A stretch of 64,000 nt of DNA from Octopus sinensis (Eukaryota), in contig NC_043008.1 in assembly GCF_006345805.1 (NCBI RefSeq), positions 22,878,001 to 22,942,000 on the forward strand. The letters are read 5' to 3'. Below, one piece after another: positions 11,205 through 23,779 of this stretch. Numbering within the stretch: the first letter of the stretch is position 1; each line of letters starts with the position of its first letter. The notes under the pieces are model-generated. The model was not told where the DNA came from. It saw only the letters and a list, made by a program, of their open reading frames with translations, and ran no database searches. The position numbers and the translations under genes were made by a program.

Positions 11205-12043
11205 TTGGAGACTCTTTAGAAATAATGGATAATTTCTGCTTCCAAGAGGACCAAATTATTAGTGGAGGATGATGTATGAAAAATGTTGTAGCTAGAATAA
11301 GAATAGAATGGAGAAAATTCACAGAGCTTTTACTTCTGTTGGCAGCCAAAGGTCTCACTCTCCAAGTGAAAGGAAGACTGTATGGTGCATATATAAGAAC
11401 AGCAATTCTACATGGTAGTGAGACATGGGCTCGGAATGCAGGAGATATGCAACAGCAAGAGAGGAATGAGACTAGTTTGCTGTACTGGATGTGCAATGTA
11501 AGTGAAAATGTGCAACAGAGTGCTAGTGTGTTGAAAGATAAGGGGAATTAGATGCAGTGTACAAGAGAGAAAACTGCACAGGTTTGGTCATGTGATGCAG
11601 ATGGATGTAGACAGCCCCATGAAGAAGTGATGATCACTCAAAGTGGAGGGAACTCATGGAAAAAGGGAAAACCAGGAAGACATGGGATAAAGTACTGAAG
11701 GACAACCTCAAGACAATAAACTTACAGAGGAGAAGACAAAGGACCGAGATATCTGATGTCTTGTACTCAAGAAGATCCCTCCTCTACAACAGAAGTATTA
11801 AGGCCACTGCCCTAAATGTAGAGGATCGGTCAGCAACAGCCCTGTGCCACTACCATGTTAAAAGCACCCAGCACACACTGCAAAGTGGTTGGCATTAGGA
11901 ACGGAATCCAGCCATAGACACCAAGCTGAATCAGACTGGAACCTGGAACAGCTCTCCTGCTTGCCAGCTCTGGTCAAACTGTCCAACCCATGCCAGCATG
12001 GAAAACAGACGTTAAAGGTTGATGATGATGATGATGATGATGT
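11205..12043 (+). mobile_element. 5'-truncated RTE-clade LINE
   Basis: VVARIRIEWRKFTELLLLL...KGRLYGAYIRTAILHGSETW, followed by the family-C-like 3' UTR and a (GAT)n tail. Confidence 0.85.
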
Positions 12044-12678
12044 ATACAGGTAAACACAACAGGTCAGTTTGGCAGCTTATAGAATGAAAAATTCAGGCCT
12101 GATGGATGGAGAGCGTTCACAAAAACTGCAGTACTTTGTTTGACCAGATTGTCAGGAGTGGGGAATGGAAATCGTACTTGTGAGCAACAAAGACAAAGAT
12201 GACTACATGAAATCATGGAGTACACAAAGAAGATCCTGGTTGAATGTATGACTGACAAATGAGACCGCAGAAAGTGATAAGGATGGGCAGCCACATCTAA
12301 GTCCTGTTACCTACTCCACTTCAACACTGAAGATTGGCATATTCATTCCATTTATACTTACATAAGTATACACACACACACATACTAGACTACTCATGAC
12401 CCACTAGGTCATTGACAGTTCAGATTATAAAACATTAACGCTGATTTCAACATTGCATTGAAATGAAAGTTAATTTTATGATGATTCAGTTAACTATTTC
12501 AATTCGTTCGTGTCATCATAGGTCTGGTTTACAATCCAAAATCATGTGACTGGGAAGAGAACTTCCCAACCACACAATCATTCCTATGTGGTTAACAAGT
12601 TATACATATATATAATTACATGTGTGTGTATGTATATATTATGTCTTTAATCTTATTTTATGTGTGTATATATATATC

Positions 12679-13000
12679 TTAAAGACTCCGCCGGTTACGA
12701 CGACGAGGGTCCCAGCTGATACGATCAACGGAACAGCTTGCTCGTGAAATTAACGTGCAAATGGCTGAGCATTCCACAGACACGTGTACCCTTAACGTAG
12801 TTCTCGGGGATAATCAGCGTGACACAGAGAGTGACAAGGCTGACCCTTTGAAATACAAGTACAACTCATTTTTGCCAGCTGAGTGGACTGGAGCAACGTG
12901 AAATAAAGTGTCTTGCTCAAGGACACAACGCGTCGCCGGGAATCGAACTCACAACCTTACGATCATGAGCCGAATGCCCTAACCACTAAGCCACGCGCCC

Positions 13001-13004
<4 letters not shown>
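12679..13004 (-). mobile_element. SINE with CORE-like centre and family-B tail
   Basis: tRNA head, then gttgtgtccttgagcaagacactt...cactcagctg, joined to the tail of 3191-3581. Confidence 0.8.
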
Positions 13005-13036
<32 letters not shown>

Positions 13037-13040
<4 letters not shown>

Positions 13041-14506
13041 GTTGGCAAGAAAGTAATTTTGTTTTTTGAAAATAGTTATGATTTCTTTTTAATGAATTTT
13101 GTCAATGTTATGATTTTTTCTTTTTGACATTTGATACCCGTTAGTTTTAGCTTACTTTGGAAGTAAATTGCACGTAATTTTGTTTACAGCTGTTAGTTCA
13201 GTGTCAATTTTAACATGGAGTGCAAAAACGAACATTTTCACTATATTTTGCTTTTTTATTTCCGTAAAGGCAAGAAAGGTACTGACGCTCACAAAAAGAT
13301 ATGTGAAGTTTATGGTGTTGATTGCTTAACAGAACACACGTGTTAGAAATGGGTTAAAAAATTGTTCTGGAGATTTTTCACTCAAAGATGACCAACATTC
13401 TGGTTGACCTACTGAAGTTGATGATGATCAGATCAAAGCCATAATTGATTCTGAATGCCATGTAACTGTGTGAGAGATTGTAGAGAAGTTAAGTGTATCA
13501 CACACAACAATTGAAAATCACTTCAAATGTCATGGACTTGTTAAGAAGCTCGATATTTGGGTTCCACATAAATTGAAAGAGATTCACTTAACACAACGAA
13601 TCAATATTTGCGATATGCATCTCAAACGCAATGAAACTGACCTTTTCCTGAAACAAATCATCACTGGTGATGTAAAATGGATTGTCTACAATAACATCAA
13701 TCGAAAAACGATCATGGCCCAAGTATAATGAACCAGCACAAACGACATCGAAAGCTGAATTGCATAAAAAAAAAAATGGACATGCTGTCAATTTGGTGGG
13801 ATTACAAAGGTGTGTATTTTGAGTTGCTTCCAAGGTACCAAACAATCAATTCAGATGTTTATTGTCAATAACTAATGGAACTGGAGGAAGCAATCAAAGA
13901 AAAATGGCCAGAATTGGCAAACTGTAAAGGAATCATGTTCAACCAAGACAATGCAAGACAACACATCATCATCATCATCATTGTTTAACATCCGTTTTCC
14001 ATGCTAGCACAGGTTGGATGGTTCGACCGGGTTCTGGGAAGCCAGGGGCTGCTCCAGGCTCCAGTCTGATCTGGCAGAGTTTCTACGGCTGGATGCCCTT
14101 CCTAACGCCAACCACTCCGCGAGTGTAGTGGGTGCTTTTTACGTGCCACCACGTGTCTTTGCTAACTTGTGAAAAAATTATTGGAGCTTGGTTGAGAAGT
14201 GATGTCATATCCACCATATAGCCCTGACCTTGCACCATCAGATTATCATTTATTTCAAAGTTTGCAAAATTCTTTGAATGGTAAAATTTTTTTTAAATGC
14301 TTGATGACCTGAAATTGCACTAGCTTCAGTTTTTGGCTGATAAGAACCAGAAGTTCTATGAGTACAGAACCATGAAGTTGTCAGAAAGATGGCAAAAGGT
14401 CATCAAATGAAATGGAAAATATATAATTAACTGAAGTTCATTCTTTGTATTAAAAAAAATTACTTTTATTTCACACTAAAAAACCGAAATTACTTTCTTG
14501 CCAACT

Positions 14507-14509
<3 letters not shown>
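13037..14509 (+). mobile_element. Full-length defective mariner (DD34D), interrupted by a family C insert
   Basis: TIRs ttgggttggcaagaaagtaattt / aaattactttcttgccaactcaa lie in (TA)n. ATG at 13215; motifs WVPHKL, TGDVKW, QDNARQH and YSPDLAPSDY; several stops and frameshifts. Confidence 0.92.
13965..14148 (-). mobile_element. Family C copy nested in mariner
   Basis: It interrupts the QDNARQH..SLL region. Confidence 0.8.
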
Positions 14510-14545
<36 letters not shown>

Positions 14546-14550
<5 letters not shown>

Positions 14551-14670
14551 AGGTCGACTTTGCCTTTCATCCTTTCGGGGTCGATAAATTAATTACCAGT
14601 TACGCACTGAGGTCGATGTAATCGACTTAATCCCTTTGTCTGTCCTTGTTAGTCCCCTCTATGTTCTACT
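14546..14670 (+). mobile_element. SINE family D, partial
   Basis: gccgaggtcgactttgcctttcatcctttcggggtcgataaatt. Confidence 0.75.
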
Positions 14671-14714
14671 CATATATCTATGTATATTTTAGATCCTGTT
14701 CAATTACAAATGAT

Positions 14715-14990
14715 CATGGGGTTGCGAAAAATCCCCTCGAAAGCACAAGTCTGGGCAAGGTTGCGGTTGCCTGGGCAAACCAGTCTCTCTCTTCTCCAAT
14801 GCCACTGATGTTGTTCAAGGGAAAGGCAAAGGCTGATACAGGTTTGGCACCAGTAACATCATGATTCCGTTCTACAGCTGAGTGAACTGGAACAACATGA
14901 AATAAAGTGTCTTGCTCAAGAACACAGCACACAGCCTGGTCAGAGAATTGAATTCACCACCTCAGAATTGCAAGCCCAACACACAAACCA
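14715..14990 (-). mobile_element. CORE-like SINE with a third tail type
   Basis: Centre aaataaagtgtcttgctcaagaacaca as in 12679. Tail aagcacaagtctgggcaaggttg is shared with 58660. Confidence 0.6.
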
Positions 14991-15003
14991 CCATATATAT
15001 ATA

Positions 15004-15445
15004 TCATCATCATCATCACCATTTAGCGTCCGCTTTCCATGCTAGCATGGGTTGGATGGTTCAACTGGGGTCTGTGAAGCCAGAAGGCTGCATCAGGCCC
15101 AGTCTGATCGCGCAGTCTTTCTACGGCTGGATGCCCTTCCTGACGCCAACCACTCCATGAGTGTAGTGGGTGCTTTTTACGTGCCACCCGCACAGGTGCC
15201 AGACGGAGCTGGCAAACAGCTACAGACGGATGGTGCTTTTTACGTGCCACCGATACAGGTGCCAGACGAGGCTGGCGAACGGCCACGCACGGATGGTGTT
15301 TTTTTTTTTTATGTGCCACGGACACAGGTGCCAGACGAGGTTGGTGAACAGCCACACTTGGATGGTTTGATTACGTGCCACCGGCATGGAGGCCAGGCAA
15401 GGCTGGCACGGCCACAATCGGATGGTGTTTGTTACGTGCCCACAG
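15004..15445 (-). mobile_element. Family C copy with about 5 tandem ~47-bp subunits
   Basis: Repeated ggatggtgctttttacgtgccacc. Confidence 0.85.
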
Positions 15446-15869
15446 CATATATATATATCATTGCTATTATGCAAAAGTGTCATAAATCCAAAATGTTGGT
15501 TATTCAGAAAACAAAAACATACTTTCACCATTTCATTTCTTTTAACATTAGCAACAGTTTCAACTTTACAATTATACTTTATTGGGTGCATAAAATCGTA
15601 ACTCCATGCATGTATGACAATTTCAGTCGGAAACATTTTTGCAAAACTGTCGTATGTGGGACTTACTACACTTTTCAAAAATGCTAAACCGTTGTATTAC
15701 ACTTTGACAATTTTCATATCTTGGCATCTGAAGCAGCTAGAGATACGATAGTTTGACCAAAGGAACCAGCTATTGGAAGCAAAACTAAATATTGAAAGAA
15801 AGAAAAAAATGCATTCAGCCAAATTCGGACATGTTACAGTTTAACATAATAACGATATATATACTCATT

Positions 15870-16251
15870 TACTCTTTTACTTGTTTCAGTCATTTGACTG
15901 CGGCCATGCAGGAGCACCGCCTTTAGTCGAGTAAATCGACCCCGGGACTTATTCTGTGTAAGCCCAGTACTTATTCTATCGGTCTCTTTTGCCGAACCGC
16001 TAAGTGACGGGGGACGTAAACACACCAGCATCGGTTGTCAAGCAATGCTAGGGGGACAAACACAAACACACATATATATATATATATACATACATACGAC
16101 AGGCTTCTTTCAGTTTCCGTCTACCAAATCCACTCACAAGGCATTGGTCGGCCCGGGGCTATAGCAGAAGACACTTGCCCGAGATGCCACGCAGTGGGAC
16201 TGAACCCGGAACCATGTGGTTGGTTAGCAAGCTACATACCACACAGCCACT
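15870..16251 (-). mobile_element. SINE family A, full length
   Basis: ctcttttacttgtttcagtcatttgactgcggcc ... internal microsatellite ... cacacagccactc. Confidence 0.88.
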
Positions 16252-16528
16252 CTTATCACAGCTGATCTTACCAACCAATTCGTAATATCAGCCGTGATGG
16301 ATATATAATGCAGTCCACTTTGAATGGTATACCCACTCTATTGACAGATATGCGAGTGCATCTCCTCTCTGACTTATGGTCACTCAGACAACTTATGCAC
16401 ATGTGTATATATATATATGTGTATATTAATAGTAATGGTATGACAACAAAAGAATGAATGAGACCTCAATATTATGTAAATAGAGGAATTTATCTGTAAT
16501 ATAATATGTGACAATTATTCAGTTGCCA

Positions 16529-16591
16529 TAATAAAACTCCGAGCTTCGGATGTCGGGGCGGAAAACTGCTCTGGCATCTCATCAGCTATTA
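16529..16591 (-). ncRNA. Degenerate hammerhead-like motif
   Basis: UAAUAG-CUGAUGA-GAUG...CAUC-C-GAA-GCUCGGAGU-U-UUAUUA. The A15.1 position is G. Confidence 0.4.
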
Positions 16592-16615
16592 AGATAATAT
16601 ATATATATATATATA

Positions 16616-16936
16616 TCATCATCATCGTTTAACGTCCGTTTTCCATGCTAACATGGGTTGGACAGTTCGACCGGGTCTGGGAAGACAGGAGGCTGCAGCA
16701 GGCTCCAGTCTGATCTGGCAGTGTTTCTACAGCTGGATGCCCTTCCTAATGCCAACCACTCCGTGAGTGTAGTGGGTGCTTTTTTACATGCCACCGGCAC
16801 AGGTGTCAGGGGAGGCTGGCAATGGCCATGATCGGTTGGTGCTTTTTACGTGCCACCGGCACGGAAGCCAGTCAAGGCTGCGCTGGCATCGACCACGTTT
16901 GGATGGTGCTTTTTACGTGCCACCGGCACAGGTATC
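16616..16936 (-). mobile_element. Family C copy
   Basis: (CAT)n tail, core and about 3 subunits. Confidence 0.8.
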
Positions 16937-17129
16937 CAACAACAATTTCTATTTGATTTGTATTTGACGATGTACTTGACTCAATAGGTCTCCTCAAGCA
17001 CAGCAGGTCATCCTACGATTCAAGGTAAACCACAGCAGGCCATTATATATATATATATATATATACACACACATATACATCAGGGGCATGCGAAGGTTTG
17101 AAAGAAATGAAGCCAACATGCTTCACTGG

Positions 17130-17450
17130 CTGTGCTATGTCAGAGTGCATGTATGACAAAGTGCGAATGTGTTGAGAGAAAATTTAGGTATAAGAGGCAC
17201 CACATGTAATGTGCAAGAGAGAAGACTGTGCTGGCATGGTCATGTGATGTGCATGGATGAAAACAGCCGCATAAAGAAGTACCATTCTGTAAATGCATAA
17301 AGAACTTGCGGGAGAGAAAGACCCAGGGAAACTTAAGACAAAGTGATGAAAAATGATCTGAAGAAGCTGAGCATCACAAAGATGACAGAGGACTGAGACA
17401 AGCACCGATTTGCTATGCTTGAGAAGACCCGGCTGGCTAAGTAAAGTCGA
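17130..17450 (+). mobile_element. RTE LINE ORF C-terminal fragment
   Basis: VLRENLGIRG..VQERRLCWHGHVMCMDENS, with stops. Confidence 0.7.
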
Positions 17451-19521
17451 GGCCACAAAAAGCGCCCTTTATGTCCGTGCCCCCACCCCAACCCAACCCA
17501 CAGACGTAGTTGTAGTTGTGTGGTAAGAATTTTGCTGCTTAATCACATGGTTCATGGTTCAGTCCAGCTGTATGGCACTTTTTGCAAGTGTCTTCCACTA
17601 TAGACCTAGCTATGAATAGATTTGTAAGACAGAAATGAGAGGAAACCCGCTGTTTATAATGTAATATAATGTAATGTGTGTGTGCGTCTGTGTTTGTGTG
17701 TGTAGACATGTTTTACGCACACAAACACACGCAAATGAATACATGTATTTTTCGTTATACATGTGACGCAGATTATTGGCGTGTTGTTCCGATGCCATTC
17801 TTCCATTATACACGGGACACACAAAAGTAAAGTTAGGAACCGTTCGTAGGAATAAGACTTCTTCGTGCGCCTCTCGCCAAAGATAATTCAAATAAAATAA
17901 TTAAAAGAACTAGTTAAATTACGAATTATTACGAAATAAAAGAAGGATTATACTTTAAAAAAAAAACGGAATAAAACTACAAAACACGAAAACCCTCAGA
18001 AGAACGAGAATCAACAAGATGGAAGGAGGTGGTTGCAGATGATAAGCGATTCCTTCCCTCACCAAAATGATACGAAAACAAAACGTTGACAACAATAAGA
18101 ATTCTCGGAGTTTTTTTTTTTTCGTTTTTTCATTCTTCTAAAAAAAAATTTTCTAAATGATGATAATTATAATAAACTCAGGACAATTTCTAAAACTACT
18201 ATTTATGATGAAAAACGGCGACAATGACTGCAACAGATTTACAGACAGGACTATGAGAGACATGAAATGTGATAGCATAGTTGGTTCTATGTTTTCTGTT
18301 ACTGTTTATTTTGGTTTAAATTAAAGACGACGAAAGCTGTAACAGCAGCAACAATATCGAAGAGGAATCGGAACGATTCTCAAAACAATATTAATAATTA
18401 TTCTTCTATTACTTACAATAAAGAGTTTATTTATGAAGAATTACTGTATAACCTTTGGGGTGTTTTTTTTTTTTATAAGATAATAAATAATAATTTTTTC
18501 ATGGCTTTGTTTATGAACAAATACTTTATAATAAGACTTCTGTTTTTCTTTTATGAGAACAACAACGATGACTCTTAACGATAATTGTTATTATATTGGC
18601 ACCAGACCAGAAATTTTAGCGGAGGAAACGGTTTAAAGAGCCCGACCAATTCCATTCCTTCACTTAATTAACCCTTTAATGTATGTCTGGGCAATTAATT
18701 TAACCGACTTTTTGGGGGGATAAATAAAAGGATAAATAAAAGATGTGGAGAAAATCGATCAGGATAGTTTTAAAAGCAGGGCGGTTGTCTTCAACACACC
18801 ACACCACCGATTCTGTTGCTAAATAACAATGAGTTGGCACCCAATAACAATGTTTAACGTTGGTAAAGATGATATTAGTTGGTGGTTTGGTTGGGGGATG
18901 ATTTCCTTACATGGGCAGAAAGTGAGCCAGTGGGGTTTTTTCGCAAATAGACGAAGAACTAATCCAAAGAATTTCGATAGGAAAAATATATATAAAAAAG
19001 AGAGAGAAAATGTAAAACAGCTGAACTCTGCACATATTTCGAATCTAAAATAGAAATACAATAAATTTCTTTCTTGAAAAGTGGAAATATATAACATTTA
19101 CACATGAACGTGTTTTACACCTTTTTAATAATCGACATTTATTGATGCGAAGATTAACAAACTACTGGAATCGTGAATCGAAATCAGATGATGAGGAAAA
19201 TAAATGAACTATTTAAGCAACAGCAGACTAATTTTGGTAGTAGAAGCTGAGGTGGGGGGGACGTCTCGTCTAATCAAATTGGTTGTACCATTTTCTTTTA
19301 CTAACCTGTACATGTTTACAAGACAAATGACAACCTAGATATGTGTGTGTGTGTGTGCATCAGACACACACATTGTTAGAGTGAAAGAATTTCTCTTGCC
19401 GAGATAAAAATGCAATTTCCCACAAAGAAAGGACATCAACAATAACTTTGATTTCTAACGCATTATGTCATTTATCTATGTAATCGATCACGCATGGATG
19501 AAAGAAAAGACAAATAATCAC

Positions 19522-19552
<31 letters not shown>

Positions 19553-20289
19553 TGATGATAAATAATTCCTTTTGAAACTTTCTTTTGACAAAGTTACAAG
19601 GCTAAAAATTTATGTTAACAAATAATTATTCAGGCAACTATTATCGACCTGCACTTATTGATCCCCCCCCCATCTGATCGAACCCAGAAACAAACAAGCA
19701 GATAATAGGCGCGAATCCTTTAATTAACCGTGTTTTCCCCTTTCTTTTTCTTTTTCTTTTATATTTGTCTAGGAGATCGATGCAATATCAGTCAAGTACA
19801 GGTGTATGTGAATGAATGTAAAATAGCATCATAGATGCGAGTAGAGTATAATGGGGGGAAACTGTCAAAGCTATTTACGGTGGATACAAATATGCTTGTG
19901 ATGGCAGTTAATATTAACAATGACGATACAACAATATACACACACGGGGGATGGGTGGAAAGAGATACATTTCATAGATGCCGATAGAAAATGTCTTGAT
20001 TTGCCACAGGCGCAGCACATATATATATATATACATCAGTGTGCAATTAATTTATGGGAATGGTCCTAACCGGGTCAGTCCGGCCTTGTCAAATTAAGAC
20101 GGCACAGAGAGAGAGAGAGAAAGCAATGTTACCGAATAATTGGTCCCCCCCCCCAACCTCTCTCGGTAATATATACACATACAAACACACATGCACGCGC
20201 GCACGCACACATTTTCTCACTATTTCATATTCAAAACTATACGTCACTACTAAAATTATATACATACATAGGTAAAATTAAATTTACCC

Positions 20290-20293
20290 ATAC

Positions 20294-20344
<51 letters not shown>

Positions 20345-20691
20345 TAGATAGGTAGGGAGAGAGAGAGAAAGAGAAACATACATGCATGCATATATATATA
20401 TATACATATATAGAAACAAACATACATGCGTATATATATATATATATGTAGAGAGAGAGAGAAACACACATACATGCATATATACACACACATATATATA
20501 TATATATATATAGAGGAGAGAGAGAGAGAGAGAGAGAATGAGAGAGAGAGAAGAGACAGAGAGAGAGAGAGAAAGACAGAGACAGAAACATCCACACACA
20601 CATACAGACGCATATATATATATATATATATGTTTATTGTATCGTCTTCTATGAGTATACGTTCTTGTCCATGTTGTATTTTCTACATACC

Positions 20692-20763
<72 letters not shown>

Positions 20764-20780
20764 ATATACACACACACACA
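20290..20780. repeat. (TA)n/(GA)n/(CA)n microsatellite block
   Basis: Visible directly in the sequence. Confidence 0.9.
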
Positions 20781-21139
20781 GATTTTCTTTTTCTTTGCTG
20801 CAAAACAAGCAACGGCAACAGAATCTAGTGACAAATATTGGCGAGACATGGCAAAGTCTAAGCGTTCAACTGAAAGACCATAAAGAAATGAGAATTTATT
20901 AAATGTCGAAATAAAAAAAAGAGGACTGACTGGTGTCACAAGGGTTCGTTGATGCGAAACTTAGACAAAAAAAATACAACCGCTCATGCATGTAGACATA
21001 GAGAGATGTGTGTGTGTGTGTGTGTGTTTGTGTAAATATATATTTTGCATTCATATTTCATATATGTGAAGGTGTACGATGCCATATATATTTACAGACC
21101 TCTCAGCTCCCTTCCTCCTTTCTTCATCCCTACCTCATC

Positions 21140-21182
<43 letters not shown>

Positions 21183-21685
21183 TATATATAATATATATAT
21201 ATATAGTCATGTTCAACATGAATACACATAACAGGGACCATATACATACACAGCTCATCACACACACATATATACACATGCGTGTATATATATATATTAT
21301 ATATATATATATATTATATATATATATATAGTGTCATGTTCAACTTCAATACATATAACAGAGATCATATACATACATAGGTCATCACACAAACATATAT
21401 AGTATACACATGCGTATATGTGTATATATATATATATATATATTATATATTATATATATATATATACGTATATATATATATATATATATATACGTATATA
21501 TATATATATAATATATATATATATATATACGTGTTATATATATATATACGTATGTGTGTATATATATATTATATATATATATATAGTGTTATATATATAT
21601 AGTGTCATGTTCAACATGAATACATATAACAGAGATCATATACATACATAGGTCATCACACACACATATAGTATATACATGCGTG

Positions 21686-21734
<49 letters not shown>

Positions 21735-21864
21735 GATATATATATATATATATATATATATAGATATATATATATATATATATATATAGTCATGTTCAAC
21801 ATGAATACACATAACAGGGACCATATACATACACAGCTCATCACACACACATATATACACATGC

Positions 21865-21898
<34 letters not shown>

Positions 21899-22079
21899 TT
21901 ATATATATATATATAGTGTCATGTTCAACTTCAATACATATAACAGAGATCATATACATACATAGGTCATCACACAAACATATATAGTATACACATGCGT
22001 ATATGTGTATATATATATATATATAATATATATATATACGTATATATATATATATATACGTGTATATATATATATATAC

Positions 22080-22115
<36 letters not shown>

Positions 22116-22263
22116 GTGTATATATATATATATACGTATGTGTGTATGTATATATATATATATATAGTGTTATATATATATAGTGTCATGTTCAACATGA
22201 ATACATATAACAGAGATCATATACATACATAGGTCATCACACACACATATAGTATATACATGC

Positions 22264-22300
<37 letters not shown>
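21140..22300. repeat. Higher-order tandem repeat (A-B-C)x2, period about 583 bp, embedded in (TA)n
   Basis: gtcatgttcaac-containing units start at 21206/21331/21602 and 21789/21916/22183. Confidence 0.85.
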
Positions 22301-22301
<1 letters not shown>

Positions 22302-22559
22302 TAGAGAGAGAGAGACCGAGATTAGTAATATCGCCGATAACAAAGGTAATAATAATGATGATGTTTTGGATGGTAATAAAAACATTATGAATTTTAAAGA
22401 AAACTGCTGAAGCAAAGAGAGAAGAATGATGTTACTCACGAAATGCTAGCGCGTGTGTATATATATGTAAATATATACATAGATTTATGTATACAAAATA
22501 TGTGTAACGGTAGTTAAACCGAGATGTTATTCACACGTGCGACCTCTTCATGGATGTTA

Positions 22560-23230
22560 ATGTGACAAGGGAGGGAGCGAGAGAAAGAAGGAGAGAGAGA
22601 GAGAGAGAGCGAGCGAGGGAGGGGGAGGGAGAAATACAGAGATAGTACAGGAGAGAGAGAGAGACAGAGACAGATTAGAAAAGGTGGATGAGGAAGGGAA
22701 CGGGAAGGTATGATGAGAGAGAGAGAGAGAGTGAGAGAAAGCGAGAGCGAGGGAGAAATACAGAGAGAGTTCAGGAGAGAGAGACAGATTAGAAAAGCTG
22801 GATGAGGGAGGGATGAAGAAAGGGCAAGGAAAAGAACGGGAAGGTATGATGAGAGAGAGAGAGAGAAAGAGACAGCGAGAGCGAGGGAGAAATACAGAGA
22901 GGGTACAAGAGAGAGAGACAGATTAGAAAAGGTGGATGAGGAAGGGAACGGGAAGGTACGATGAGAGATAGAGAGAGAGAGAGAAAGGGGGGATGAGAAG
23001 GGAGGTAGACAGCAATACGGAGGAAGGGAGAGAGAGAGAAATAGAGAGAAAGGGAGCGGGGGAGGCAGGAACGAAGGAAGAAAGAGAGGAGGAGGAGGAA
23101 AGACCGGGTTGCACGAAATTTGAACGGATGGGTAGAGGGAGGGAGGGCGGAAGGAAGGAAGAGAGGAAGAGGAAAGGCCGGGAGCACGAGAGATGGATGG
23201 ATGGATGGGTGTAGGGAAGGAGGGAGGAAG
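22560..23230. repeat. Purine-rich minisatellite, about 3 units of 124-134 bp
   Basis: gagggagaaatacaga at about 22625, 22749 and 22883. Confidence 0.8.
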
Positions 23231-23371
23231 GAAAAGAGCAAACGATGCTTACATGGTCAAGGGAAATAATTGTGTACGTATTCCTCGGATCGTACAGACG
23301 CCTTTGGTGATGATAGAGGAAATGATACGGGAGGTGTTGGGGTGGGGGTGGAAATATTTCTTGATTGTAAT

Positions 23372-23409
<38 letters not shown>

Positions 23410-23601
23410 TAGTAGTAGTAGTTGTTACAGTAGTGGTCATGAGCGTCGTAACAGTATTATGGGGACCCCAGGCAAAATCTGTACACGGGACTCTATTGTA
23501 TTAATTGACTGCAAGGCATGTCATTTATAAACCTTAAATGAATCCCAAGGCACAAAGAAGTCTCTGTGCAATTTGCCCACTGCGTCCCTGCCTTAAAACG
23601 G

Positions 23602-23602
23602 C

Positions 23603-23660
<58 letters not shown>

Positions 23661-23779
23661 CGATAGACAGATAGATAGATAGATAGATAGATGGATGGAT
23701 GGATGGACGGACGGACGGACGGACGGACAGACAGACAGACAGTAGTAGTAGTAGTAGTTGTTGTTGTTGTTGTTGTTGT
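23602..23779. repeat. Compound microsatellite ATAG>ATGG>ACGG>ACAG>GTA>GTT
   Basis: Visible directly in the sequence. Confidence 0.9.

Noticed and set aside
15160-15445. Regularly spaced ~24-bp repeats with variable gaps, CRISPR-like
   Set aside because: The gaps are homologous to each other, the array is part of a dispersed retroposon, the context is eukaryotic, and there are no cas genes.
18829-19053. 74-aa ORF MSWHPITMF...
   Set aside because: No recognisable homology, and the composition resembles the flanking non-coding DNA.
20237-22232. Many 60-190 aa ORFs rich in YI/CV/SL
   Set aside because: They are translations of (TA)n, (TG)n and (CT)n microsatellites.
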